Assembly (NCBI GenBank): GCA_001399795.1
Contig: LIHK01000056.1
Location: forward strand, 5,773 to 69,772
Source: Candidatus Bathyarchaeota archaeon BA2
GTDB lineage: Archaea; Thermoproteota; Bathyarchaeia; Bathyarchaeales; Bathyarchaeaceae
Reading direction: 5' to 3'
DNA: 64,000 nt
The notes beneath the pieces were generated by a model. That model was not told the origin of the DNA and searched no databases. It worked only from the letters and a program-made list of their open reading frames with translations. Below are positions 28,060 to 37,087 of this stretch, one piece after another. The stretch's first letter is position 1. Each line of letters starts with the position of its first letter. The position numbers were made by a program, and so were the translations under genes.

Positions 28060-28543
28060 GACTCAAAACATCTCCATATAACTGAATGCCTTCTTCCTTG
28101 ATTTCCCTAGCAAAATTCAGCTCGTCCTTTATCCACTCAATAAATTCTTCTCGGTTCATGATGATTAGTGTTATGGGCGTGGCTGAAACCAGAGATATGG
28201 GATAGATTATTTTGTGTGATTTCCTTCTGACTCTAGAAGCATCTTCGTGTTCAATCAGAATGAGCAGGTCTATGTCACTTTCAAGTGTGGCATCGCCGCG
28301 AGCTACAGACCCGAACAGCACAACATCAGTGATGACGCTGGCTAGGTTAGATTTCAAAATCTCGGAAGCTATTTCAGCGATAACACGAATAAACCTTTGC
28401 AGGGATATGTAATGTTCGGCAACAAGCCTTCGAACCGCCTCTCTAATGGCTTCGCTTCTGCTTACATAGAAACCCTCTGAGACAAGTCTATCCAGTTCTC
28501 CGACAAGTTTATTGTCAAGTTTCGTTGGGATAGCTAGGTCCAT
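28046..28543 (-). CDS. Minimal nucleotidyltransferase (MNT) with an N-terminal ribbon-helix-helix
   Basis: RHH-like SRSEAIREAVRRLV. Nucleotidyltransferase motif LFGSVARGDATLESDIDLLIL. Confidence 0.75.
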   Translation of the reverse strand: MDLAIPTKLDNKLVGELDRLVSEGFYVSRSEAIREAVRRLVAEHYISLQRFIRVIAEIASEILKSNLASVITDVVLFGSVARGDATLESDIDLLILIEHEDASRVRRKSHKIIYPISLVSATPITLIIMNREEFIEWIKDELNFAREIKEEGIQLYGDVLSLVRN

Positions 28544-28622
28544 ATGGACACCATGTAGATAGAAATTATACTCTGGTATAAAAAGATAATTATGTCAGTT
28601 CTACTTCATCAACGTTTACATG

Positions 28623-29714
28623 TTACCTAAAGCACCGCCAGTATTTCTTCAGGATTTGTTTTAGTTCTGTAAGTGTTTTCTTAACCGTTCTTCGGCATTC
28701 TTCTGGTTCAACAGGCGGACTGTAAGGATCACCCACCCCGATCTTTTCCAAACCAACAACTCCAGCCGTGAGAGCATACCAACAAGCTGGCAGAACCACT
28801 GGATTATATCCACTTCCAACCATCAAAACCATTTTACCGCCACAAACCTTCTCCGCTACCCCAACAACAGTCCTACTTAACTCAAAGAAACCCTTCACCG
28901 TCAAACCCAAACTACCAAGCATATCAGCAAAATGAGAATCGCTTCCTCCATTACCCAAAATAATGTCAGGCTTATACTCCCCAGCCAAAGGAACAAAAAC
29001 CTCCCTCAAAGCCTCAAGATAAGTCTCATCCCCAATCCCAGGAGGCAAAGGCACATTCACATTAAAACCCTCACCATCCCCCTCACCAATCTCCTCAGCA
29101 AACCCAGTGCCAGGATACAAAGTCCTCGGATCCTGATGCAACGAAACAAACAACACGCTAGGATCGGAATAGTATATGTCGCTTGTTCCATTACCAAAAT
29201 GCACATCATAATCCAAAACCAAAACACGCTTCAACCCATACTTTTCGCGTAAGTACTCCACCAAAACCGCAACATCATTAAAAAGACAGAAACCCCCACC
29301 ATAATTCTTACCAGCATGATGAAAACCACAACCCAAAGCCACAGCACGGTCAACCTCACCCCCATAAACAGCCTCGCCAGCCATAACAGCTCCACCAATC
29401 ACCAACCTAGCCGCCTCAAGAATCCTAAGCGAAACAGGCGTCTCAACATCATAAGGCTGACCAAACTCAGCCAAACGAAAAATCAAATCCACATACTCCT
29501 CATCATGAACCCTAAGCAAATCCCCCCTATCAACCAAACCAGGCTTCAAAACAGTCACGCCGGGCAAACCAAGCAGCCCCTGCTCCTCAAAAAAACGCAT
29601 AACATTAACAAAACGGTCACCCCTAAAAGGATGACCAAACCCCAAATCATACTGACCAAACTTTTCGTGATAAGTCAAAGCCACTTTCAAACCATGCTGT
29701 CCCCGAAAACTCAA
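28623..29714 (-). CDS. Histone deacetylase / acetoin-utilisation (AcuC-like) family deacetylase
   Basis: GFHHAGKNYGGGFCLFND, DYDVHFGNGT and GGSDSH motifs. Confidence 0.85.
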   Translation of the reverse strand: MSFRGQHGLKVALTYHEKFGQYDLGFGHPFRGDRFVNVMRFFEEQGLLGLPGVTVLKPGLVDRGDLLRVHDEEYVDLIFRLAEFGQPYDVETPVSLRILEAARLVIGGAVMAGEAVYGGEVDRAVALGCGFHHAGKNYGGGFCLFNDVAVLVEYLREKYGLKRVLVLDYDVHFGNGTSDIYYSDPSVLFVSLHQDPRTLYPGTGFAEEIGEGDGEGFNVNVPLPPGIGDETYLEALREVFVPLAGEYKPDIILGNGGSDSHFADMLGSLGLTVKGFFELSRTVVGVAEKVCGGKMVLMVGSGYNPVVLPACWYALTAGVVGLEKIGVGDPYSPPVEPEECRRTVKKTLTELKQILKKYWRCFR

Positions 29715-31552
29715 ACCGACAACTTCACATACCTACCAAGTTCCTCAGCAACATCTCGCAAACCCAGCCTAGCTAACGAACTCTCAGTGGGTATTCCCCG
29801 ATTATCCCAGCCCCTCTTGCCATAGTACACCCCAAGCATACTGTCGTATTTTTCTCTATCTAAAGTTGCTCCCTTGAAGTGACCTTTTGTAAGAGGTTCA
29901 TCAAACCATCTCGCCGGCGGAACATCCATGTTCCTACTCCAACTATCAGCGTACTCCCTTACCCAAAAAGCTCTCATCAAAGCAAAAGTTCTGTCAGCAA
30001 TGGTGAACAAATCATTCATGGTCATGTCCACGCCAGTTGCAGCCTTCAGAAACTTGGGATACCAATATAACCCAAAGCCCACCTCCACCCACGGAAGGCG
30101 ACAAGTCGTCAGACACTCAAACACTCCTCCCCTCAACCTCTGCAACTCAATAACCTTGTCAACTTTAGCTTCGCCATAGCTTTCACGTCCAACCGAAACC
30201 TCCCAAGAAATAACCCAAGCATCCTTGTGATGAGCACCAATGGAGCAAGTGCCATAAGACAGCGCCATTCCAGGAGTTGTATGACAGTTGTAACCTGAAA
30301 CTTCCAAGCCCTTTATCTGCATAGCCAACTTTTCAGCATCACCGCCCACCTTCTTAGACGCTGACCGTACACCTTCCGCAAGAAGAGCGCCTATTCCACG
30401 TTTATAGACTACATCTTCAGCTAGGACCTTCGCTTCTTCAAAGTCTCCCCATTCAACCCTATAGTCGACGAGCCTCTTTTCTGAAGCCTCCATAGCGAAA
30501 CCTATAACGTTTCCAAGAGATATAGTGTCTACTCCATAGTCGTCGGCAAGCCTGTTCAAAGTTGCTACTTCTTTGAGATTGCCTAGACCTATGTTAGACC
30601 CCAGCAGAGCAACATTTTCGTAGTCCAGTTCAGAAGGCAACTTCTCAGAATCCTCCACCACATTGCCACAAGTCATGTTGCAGTGAGGACAACCTCTGTT
30701 GGAAATTTTTATTTTCTCCATAGCAAAACCTCCGATTTCATCTGCTTCGTCGAAAACTCCTTCCCGAAAGTTTTGCGTTGGAAGAACACTGTTTTCTTGG
30801 CTCCATTCTACGACCGACATAGTTCCCTGACGCTTCCAAAAATCGTAGTTTGGTTTTGCCAATACTTCCCGGTAGGCTTCAAGACCTAAGGTTTTTACGG
30901 CTTTAGCATCCTTTACTGGCAGGGTTTTTGTTCCTCTAACAACTACTGCCTTCAGGTTTTTAGAGCCCATAACTGCGCCCATGCCAGGTCTACCGCCCGC
31001 CCGGCCTCCTTGAGAAACCGCATTGGCGAACTTAACTTGGTTTTCTCCAGCTTGACCTATGGCGATGACACCTACGCTTGTACCATGCTCTTTTTTGAGG
31101 GCTTTTTCGGTTTGAAGGGAGCCTTCGCCCCAGTAGTCTTTGGCGTCAACGAACTCTGTTTTGGCATCGTGAATATACAGGGTGGTGGGTTTCGAAGCTT
31201 TCCCTTGTATGACGATGGCGTCGTATCCAGCCCTTCTCATTTGAACCGTTGCGTGGGTGCCTAGGTTTCCGTCGCCGTAACCACCTGTTAAGGGACTTTT
31301 CGCCGCGACTAGGAGTTTGCCGCTGCTGGGAAGCGGAAGGGCCGTTAGTGGTCCGGCTGCGAAGATTAGCTTGTTTTCAGGAGAAAGCGGGTCTATCCCT
31401 GGTTTCAGTTCGTCCCAGAGAATTTTAGCTGCAAAGCCTCTTCCGCCAAGGAAGGTCTTGGCGAAGCTGGCATCATATTCTTGAGAAACAGCCTTTCCTT
31501 TTGTTAGGTCTACTCGCAGTAGTTTGCCGTTCCAACCGTGCATCTCATCCAC
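29711..31552 (-). CDS. Aldehyde:ferredoxin oxidoreductase (tungstopterin AOR family)
   Basis: 613 aa. N-terminal GWNGKLLRVDLT, and the Cys motif region CPHCNMTCG. A 4-nt overlap with the downstream deacetylase gene. Confidence 0.9.
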   Translation of the reverse strand: MDEMHGWNGKLLRVDLTKGKAVSQEYDASFAKTFLGGRGFAAKILWDELKPGIDPLSPENKLIFAAGPLTALPLPSSGKLLVAAKSPLTGGYGDGNLGTHATVQMRRAGYDAIVIQGKASKPTTLYIHDAKTEFVDAKDYWGEGSLQTEKALKKEHGTSVGVIAIGQAGENQVKFANAVSQGGRAGGRPGMGAVMGSKNLKAVVVRGTKTLPVKDAKAVKTLGLEAYREVLAKPNYDFWKRQGTMSVVEWSQENSVLPTQNFREGVFDEADEIGGFAMEKIKISNRGCPHCNMTCGNVVEDSEKLPSELDYENVALLGSNIGLGNLKEVATLNRLADDYGVDTISLGNVIGFAMEASEKRLVDYRVEWGDFEEAKVLAEDVVYKRGIGALLAEGVRSASKKVGGDAEKLAMQIKGLEVSGYNCHTTPGMALSYGTCSIGAHHKDAWVISWEVSVGRESYGEAKVDKVIELQRLRGGVFECLTTCRLPWVEVGFGLYWYPKFLKAATGVDMTMNDLFTIADRTFALMRAFWVREYADSWSRNMDVPPARWFDEPLTKGHFKGATLDREKYDSMLGVYYGKRGWDNRGIPTESSLARLGLRDVAEELGRYVKLSV

Positions 31553-31686
31553 ACAACTCGTGGAGAATAGCGTATAGGTTCAAGGCTTTATAAATTCGGG
31601 TTTTGGATGGGAGGAATTTCGTCTGTGCTGTGTGATTGGGATTCAAGAAAAAGGGGAAGGAAGTTTTTGCGGGGTTTTGTTAAAGG

Positions 31687-32523
31687 CTACTCGTAGGTTT
31701 CCTCTTCAGTGGTCTCCTCTGTTTCTTCGTAGGAGGACGTCTCCTCAGCTGAAGTCTCGGTTTCAATCTCTTCTTCTGTTGCAGTTTCCTCCGTGTATGT
31801 CTCGTTAACAACTTCTTCCGTGTCCACGGTTTCTTCGGCGGTCTCCTCTAGTGCTTCGTATGGTGCCTCTTCTTCCACTGGCATCTCTTCTGCTGGGGTT
31901 TCGATAGGTATCTCAACCCCTTCCTCGGTGGGAGTTTCCTCTGATGTTTCCAAAGGCTCTTCGATTGTCACTTCCTCGGCAACTACCTCTTCTGGTGCTT
32001 CCAAAGGCTCTTCAACTGGCATCTCAACCAGCGTTTCAGTCGGGGTTTCCACAGGTATTCCTTCAACAACCCCTTCTGTCGGCTGTGCTTCCTCAATTTC
32101 GCTTGGCGTTGGTGGGGGTGTAGGCGCTACCACTTCCGGCATAAGCTCCGCAACGACCTCCTTGATGGCACTCAATTGGTTTTTCACAACGTCAAGGCCC
32201 AGAGTGAAGGCACCGATTTCGTTTGCATGCGACTCTTCATCTATTTCTCCAGCGACGTACTGGATCTCCGAGTTTGCAAGGAATAGTTCTAACGTGCTGA
32301 TCTGCTTTTCGAGGCCAGCAATTTGGGAGGCCATTTTTTCGGTCACATCCTTTTTGCGCGCCTCAATCTCCAAGATGGTGTCAGTGAGTTCCTTGTCAAG
32401 AGACTCATAAGTAGATGCCGAGATTTTGCCTGAATTGAAAAGATCGTCTAAGACCTGTTTCTTTTTCTTCGCTAGTTCCAAATCCTTGCTTATTTTCTCG
32501 AAAGAATACTTCCATGAAATCAA
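31687..32523 (-). CDS. CdvA-like coiled-coil protein with a long acidic E/T/P-rich tail
   Basis: The N-terminal ~130 aa (SGKISASTYESLDKEL...LELFLANSEIQYVAGEIDEE...) resemble the CdvA coiled-coil domain as I remember it. No PRC-barrel domain is present. The C-terminal ~150 aa are low complexity and acidic. Confidence 0.5.
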   Translation of the reverse strand: MISWKYSFEKISKDLELAKKKKQVLDDLFNSGKISASTYESLDKELTDTILEIEARKKDVTEKMASQIAGLEKQISTLELFLANSEIQYVAGEIDEESHANEIGAFTLGLDVVKNQLSAIKEVVAELMPEVVAPTPPPTPSEIEEAQPTEGVVEGIPVETPTETLVEMPVEEPLEAPEEVVAEEVTIEEPLETSEETPTEEGVEIPIETPAEEMPVEEEAPYEALEETAEETVDTEEVVNETYTEETATEEEIETETSAEETSSYEETEETTEEETYE

Positions 32524-33012
32524 ATTCGAACACCCAGTTGACTGCTAGCATAAAAGAACGAAATAACTTTTGTTAACATGCAGATATATTGTTGGCTGTC
32601 AAAATAAGCCTCTTTTCCTTTTTTCTTCAAGAAATGCTTTTAAATGGTATAGGTTAGCCATACAAACACAGCCTTAATCATTAACACTCTTAACTTAAAC
32701 GTGCACTCAGGTGAGAAACATCGAGCCCAGCGAAAATGCGACAGTTGTAGCATATTAATCTTCATTGAGTGGCTTATCCATGGGCAAGCGCTACTTCTTC
32801 AAGGCTAGCTGCGAGCTTTAAATGTTTTCAGGTCTTCCCGAGGAGCTGCTCATCTTTTGGACTTGCTCAAAGGGCTCCGGTCAACGCTTTTCATTCTGCG
32901 ATCTTAAAGCTGAACAGGGGTTCCTCAGGTCTTCAGATTTGAATTTTGCGCAGATTCGGACTCGGATTTAGACTAAATTATAAATATTCATATTTATATA
33001 TAAAATTAAAAT

Positions 33013-33375
33013 ATGACTAAACAAGATTATATTCAACGCGGTGGACGCAGTTTGGAATCCGAAGTCCTAAAGAAAATGCACAGAAGAATGGTCAAAAGCT
33101 TCATGGACATCCTTATCCTCGCAGAGTTGAGAAACAACCCCCTGAGCGGCTACGATGTTATCGCCCACATCCACAACAAATTCGGCATACTGGTTAGCTC
33201 GGGAACCGTTTACTCCCTCCTGTACTCTTTGGAAAGAGACAATTTGATAAGAGGCATCTGGGCCAAAAGAAAAAGAGTTTACGAGCTAACCGAAAAAGGT
33301 GAACGAGACATCGAAGCCATTCTAAACGCAAATGACCAAATTAAAAGCTTGATGACAACCCTCCTGACAGGCTGA
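33013..33375 (+). CDS. PadR-family transcriptional regulator
   Basis: ILILAELRNNPLSGYDV...SSGTVYSLLYSLERDNLI...KRKRVYELTEKG. Confidence 0.8.
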   Translation: MTKQDYIQRGGRSLESEVLKKMHRRMVKSFMDILILAELRNNPLSGYDVIAHIHNKFGILVSSGTVYSLLYSLERDNLIRGIWAKRKRVYELTEKGERDIEAILNANDQIKSLMTTLLTG

Positions 33376-33460
33376 AGAAACGTACCTACGTTAAAACTGC
33401 TAAAGCCAAGGCAAATCCTAGCCTAACACACTGCTCGTGTTCAGCCTTTGCCAGCTTCAT

Positions 33461-33709
33461 TCAACCACGAAGCTTAGGCACAAGTTTATCTACAGCTTCC
33501 TTAACCTTATTCCATTCATCAACATTCCTTAGCTGAAACTTGTGTTTTCTCTTCCACTTTCCATCCCGAAACTGCCACATGTACATGGCGATGGAACGCT
33601 TTCCATAGGATTCTATGAGGGCTATGGCCTCCCACCATTTATCGCTCTTAAAAATTGTTACATGATCAATTAGTTTGTAAAAGTCTGAAATGGGCAACTT
33701 TTCACTCAT
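33461..33709 (-). CDS. Hypothetical protein (82 aa)
   Basis: ORF only. Confidence 0.4.
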   Translation of the reverse strand: MSEKLPISDFYKLIDHVTIFKSDKWWEAIALIESYGKRSIAMYMWQFRDGKWKRKHKFQLRNVDEWNKVKEAVDKLVPKLRG

Positions 33710-33843
33710 TCTCTCATCTCCACCGTATTGTTAGAGTAAAATCTTAATTTAAGCTCTTTCTTCTTCTCAAAGGCACGGGTTTCCGTATGTAAAAATGTCG
33801 TTTAATCTCAGAACTTAAATACTTACCTTACCATGAATTACGC

Positions 33844-34638
33844 ATGAAAATTTGCATGATGGGGTCCTCCTTTGCGGATCCTGTGAAAGAGATCGAATTT
33901 GCAGGAAAGCATGATTTCCAGGGTTTCGAACTAGCCCTTGAATACCCAGAGGCAACTCCAGAGCAAATTCCCAGGAAAAGTAAGCAAATCCTGGATACAT
34001 TTTCGCGTTACAACCTCGTCAGGATCGGCCACACCCAGTCCTTTGTGAACATCTGCGACTTTTCCAAGATCATAAGGCGGGCCAGTCTCAAAGAAACAGT
34101 TAAAGCATTGGAGGCCGCCCACCGTCTGGACATCAGTTTCTTGACGGTTCATCCGGGCTTCCTTTGGCCAGTGATGACAAGGGAGAAAGCTTTGAAGGAA
34201 ACTTGCAAATCGCTGGAAGAACTTCTGAAGGTTGTGGATCTCGATTTGATTCTTGGTCTCGAGATTTTGCCTCCGAGATTTTTTCCTCCCAGAGGATACG
34301 TCAGTAGAACCGAAGAATTTGATGTCGTTTTTAGTCAAATAGCGTCGCAGAGGCTAAAACTCGTGCTCGATGTGGCCCACGCAAGCTTTCCTGAATCCGA
34401 TTCTTCGCTCAATTTTATTGACAAATTCTACGAAAAGTTGGCACATGTACATCTCAGCGACAACCTTGGGCAAAGGGATGACCACCTGCCCCTAGGAGCT
34501 GGTAGAGTGGATTACGAAACTCCGATAAAGGAAATAAAGAAAAGAGGTTACAGTGGAACCATAACGCTTGAAATTTTCGGCAAAGACCGTGACTATCTGC
34601 TGATGAGTAAGAGGAAGGTTGAGGAGCTTTTGCGGTGA
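33844..34638 (+). CDS. Sugar phosphate isomerase/epimerase (xylose isomerase-like TIM barrel)
   Basis: LTVHPG, GLEILP, LDVAHA and HLSDN segments in the spacing typical of this fold. Confidence 0.7.
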   Translation: MKICMMGSSFADPVKEIEFAGKHDFQGFELALEYPEATPEQIPRKSKQILDTFSRYNLVRIGHTQSFVNICDFSKIIRRASLKETVKALEAAHRLDISFLTVHPGFLWPVMTREKALKETCKSLEELLKVVDLDLILGLEILPPRFFPPRGYVSRTEEFDVVFSQIASQRLKLVLDVAHASFPESDSSLNFIDKFYEKLAHVHLSDNLGQRDDHLPLGAGRVDYETPIKEIKKRGYSGTITLEIFGKDRDYLLMSKRKVEELLR

Positions 34639-34644
34639 GAATCC

Positions 34645-35127
34645 ATGATTCAGGACAAGAGAAGTCGTAAAATCGTGGTTGTTGCCCACTGCATTTTAAA
34701 CCAGAACTCTCGCGTCCTTGGAATAGCCTACTACCCAGGAATGATCAAGGAAATCGTTGATGTGCTAAGAAAATGTGAGGTTGGTGTTGTTCAGATGCCT
34801 TGTCCAGAGCTGACTTATGCTGGTTTGCTTAGAGGGATTCAGACGAAAGAGCAGTATGACACTCCGGCCTTTAGGAGATATTGTAGGCAAATTGCTTCTG
34901 GTATAGCTGATCAAGTCCAAGAATATTCAAGAAATGGTTTCAAGGTTTTAGCTGTTCTCGGCGTGGATGGAAGTCCAACCTGTGGAGTAGATGAGACCTC
35001 TCCAGGCATTCTCATAGAGGAGTTGCAGTCTAAGTTGAAGGAAAGAAAAGTTGCGGTTCCTATGAAGGGTGTGAGGCATAAATATGCTAGCCAAGATGCT
35101 GCTTGGCTGGAGAAGATTCTGGCCTAG
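34645..35127 (+). CDS. DUF523/TudS-related protein
   Basis: VVAHCILNQNSR...QMPCPE...GSPTCG cysteine pattern. Assigned from memory of the family. Confidence 0.5.
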   Translation: MIQDKRSRKIVVVAHCILNQNSRVLGIAYYPGMIKEIVDVLRKCEVGVVQMPCPELTYAGLLRGIQTKEQYDTPAFRRYCRQIASGIADQVQEYSRNGFKVLAVLGVDGSPTCGVDETSPGILIEELQSKLKERKVAVPMKGVRHKYASQDAAWLEKILA

Positions 35128-35346
35128 AATACTGTGGGAAGAAGGGGCTCGCTTGAACTGAACCGAGTCGACCACTTAAATTGCTAAGCTTATGCGCACA
35201 CGCGCTTTGGGACTCCGAGTTCTGCGAGTCTCTTCTCCCCACAGACGGTCGGGCCATAAAAACATGTCTCTCTCAATAAATAATGGGAGAAGATACACAA
35301 AAACCTTGTTGTACACCCCCTAAAGAGACGCAACTGCGGTGGACCG

Positions 35347-35472
35347 CTGTAGATAGACCCCTCTAGTTTTCTTTATATACTGTCAACATTGAAACTGGGC
35401 GATGTGGTGCAGATGCTTCTTTGTGTGTCGAGGCTATGTAGCCCCCTCTGTTTATAGTTCCAACATTGAAAC
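35347..35472 (+). repeat. Two tandem units of a dispersed intergenic repeat family
   Basis: CTGTAGATAGACCCCTCTAGTTTTCTTTATATACTGTCAACATTGAAAC is followed about 77 nt later by CTATGTAGCCCCCTCTGTTTATAGTTCCAACATTGAAAC. Related copies lie at 48468-48610, 41449-41509 (minus strand) and, more weakly, at 2230-2330 and 43870-43925. Confidence 0.8.
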
Positions 35473-35495
35473 CGCGGATTGGGGCAGTCTCCAAC

Positions 35496-36356
35496 TTAGC
35501 TGATTGGTGTTTTCTTTCCTTGGAAGTCTAGCTTAAACTTGCCAAACTCCTCCTTAACCATCCTCAACTGCTCTGAAGTAAACACAGGCCCATCCCTACA
35601 AACCCGGAACCCACCAATCACACAGCTACCACACAACCCAATGGCACAACGCATAATCCGCTCCAAACTAGCCTGAAGCGGCATGCTATACCGTTCTGCC
35701 AAAACAAACATCCTATACATCATACGTTCAGGACCACACGTGTAAACCACATCAAACCTTTCCTTCTCCAACTTTTTCTCAGCCTCGTCAGTAACAACTC
35801 CCTTCAACCCGTAACTCCCATCCTCCGTCGTAGCAACAATTTCCGCATTAACCTTCGAAAGCATCCGCTCTATCCTATCCAAAAACAAAAGCTCATTCTT
35901 TGTCTTAGCTCCAACCAAAAAGATAATTTTCGTAGCAACTTCCACAACTTTCTCGGCTAAAGGCAAAAGAGGCACCAACCCAGTTCCTCCCCCAACAACC
36001 ATCACATTTCCACTAGCAACCGTGAAACCATTACCGTAAGGTCCCCGCACCCCCAGAACGTCACCTCGACTTCTCTCATTAATAGCCCTAGTAGCTTCCC
36101 CCACATCAGCCACACTTATCGAAGCAAGACCCCCCGAACTTATAGTTGAAAGACTCATGGGAACTTCATCGACCTCAGGTATCCAAACCATAACAAACTG
36201 CCCAGGCTCAGCCTCTGCGCAAAGCCTGTCATGAAAGATAAAAGTTTTAACAGTAGGACTTTCCTTTTTAACCTCCTGAATTTTCACAATTCTTAGGCGA
36301 TTAGTAGCAGTGGGATAGACCGCCAGTCTGGAACGTTTTTGCGAATGAAATTGCAT
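35496..36356 (-). CDS. pyrK: Dihydroorotate dehydrogenase electron-transfer subunit
   Basis: FAD/NAD-binding fold (GGGTGLVPL) and a C-terminal 2Fe-2S motif CAIGLCGSC...C. Confidence 0.85.
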   Translation of the reverse strand: MQFHSQKRSRLAVYPTATNRLRIVKIQEVKKESPTVKTFIFHDRLCAEAEPGQFVMVWIPEVDEVPMSLSTISSGGLASISVADVGEATRAINERSRGDVLGVRGPYGNGFTVASGNVMVVGGGTGLVPLLPLAEKVVEVATKIIFLVGAKTKNELLFLDRIERMLSKVNAEIVATTEDGSYGLKGVVTDEAEKKLEKERFDVVYTCGPERMMYRMFVLAERYSMPLQASLERIMRCAIGLCGSCVIGGFRVCRDGPVFTSEQLRMVKEEFGKFKLDFQGKKTPIS

Positions 36357-36422
36357 CCTTACCGCACGTCCTTCCTTAAGACATTATTCTATTTAACTAA
36401 TTATTATATGCACCCAAGAACA

Positions 36423-37083
36423 ATGGTTAGGAAAGAAGAGATTGGCAATACCGAAAGTAAAGGTAAATGACATCCAAATTCACTACGAAGTGCACGGCAA
36501 AGGCTTCCCATCATAATGATCATGGGGCTAAGCGCAAACATAGACTGGTGGGACCTCGCATGATTCAAGAACTTTCCGAGCATTTCAAGCTAATACTTTC
36601 GACAACAGGGGAGCCGGACGCACCGAAACATCCGATAAAAAATACACCATCAAATTGTTTGCCGATGATACAGTGGGTTTAATGGATGCCCTAGTAATCT
36701 TCAAGGCCCACGTACTTGGAATTTCAATGGGCGGAATGATAGCCCAAGAACTAGTGCTCAACTACCCCGAAAAAGTTGAAAAGCTGGTCCTCTGTTCAAC
36801 CATCTCAGGATGTATTGGGAATGATCATACCCGATAAAGCGTTGTCCCCAGAAGAAATAGCCAGAATGACGATTCCACTTATTTTCACCCAAGACTTCAT
36901 CAAAAAGTACCCTGCTATTACATGGCAAACAAGACATTCTAATACCTCCAGAAAACGGCTCCATTCTAGCTAAAGCCATACCAAACGCTAAACTCGTTTA
37001 CTTCGAGAATTCAGCCCACGGACTCATAGAAGAAAATGGACGAAGTGATTAACGTTCTACTAGACTTCCTAACAGAATCTTAA
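36423..37083 (+). pseudogene. Alpha/beta-fold hydrolase pseudogene (multiple frameshifts)
   Basis: Pieces lie in different frames: KVNDIQIHYEVHGKGFP, IMIMGLSANIDWW, PRMIQELSEHFKLIL, FDNRGAGRTE, LFADDTVGLMDAL...HVLGISMGGMIAQE (nucleophile elbow GxSxG), ...KLVYFENSAHGL. Confidence 0.75.
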
Positions 37084-37087
37084 CAAT

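Noticed and set aside
31793-32410. A 205-aa Ser/Thr/Gly-rich ORF on the plus strand.
   Set aside because: It is the mirror image of the acidic low-complexity tail of the minus-strand CdvA-like gene, so it is an antisense artefact.
35347-35472. A mini CRISPR array. The repeats end in ATTGAAAC, like many type I/III repeats, and the period is ~77 nt here and ~73 nt at 48468-48610.
   Set aside because: Each locus has only two units, and the units are about 50 nt or longer. The would-be spacers are themselves similar between loci (GCG.ATTTGCGG...). No cas genes or leader are visible. A dispersed repeat family fits better.
35434-35472. A replication origin. GTTCCAACATTGAAAC is a near-dyad reminiscent of ORB/mini-ORB boxes, and a C-run lies nearby.
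   Set aside because: Related boxes occur at six or more separate intergenic sites in 64 kb. No orc1/cdc6 gene is adjacent, and the spacing of the C-run differs from known ORB elements.
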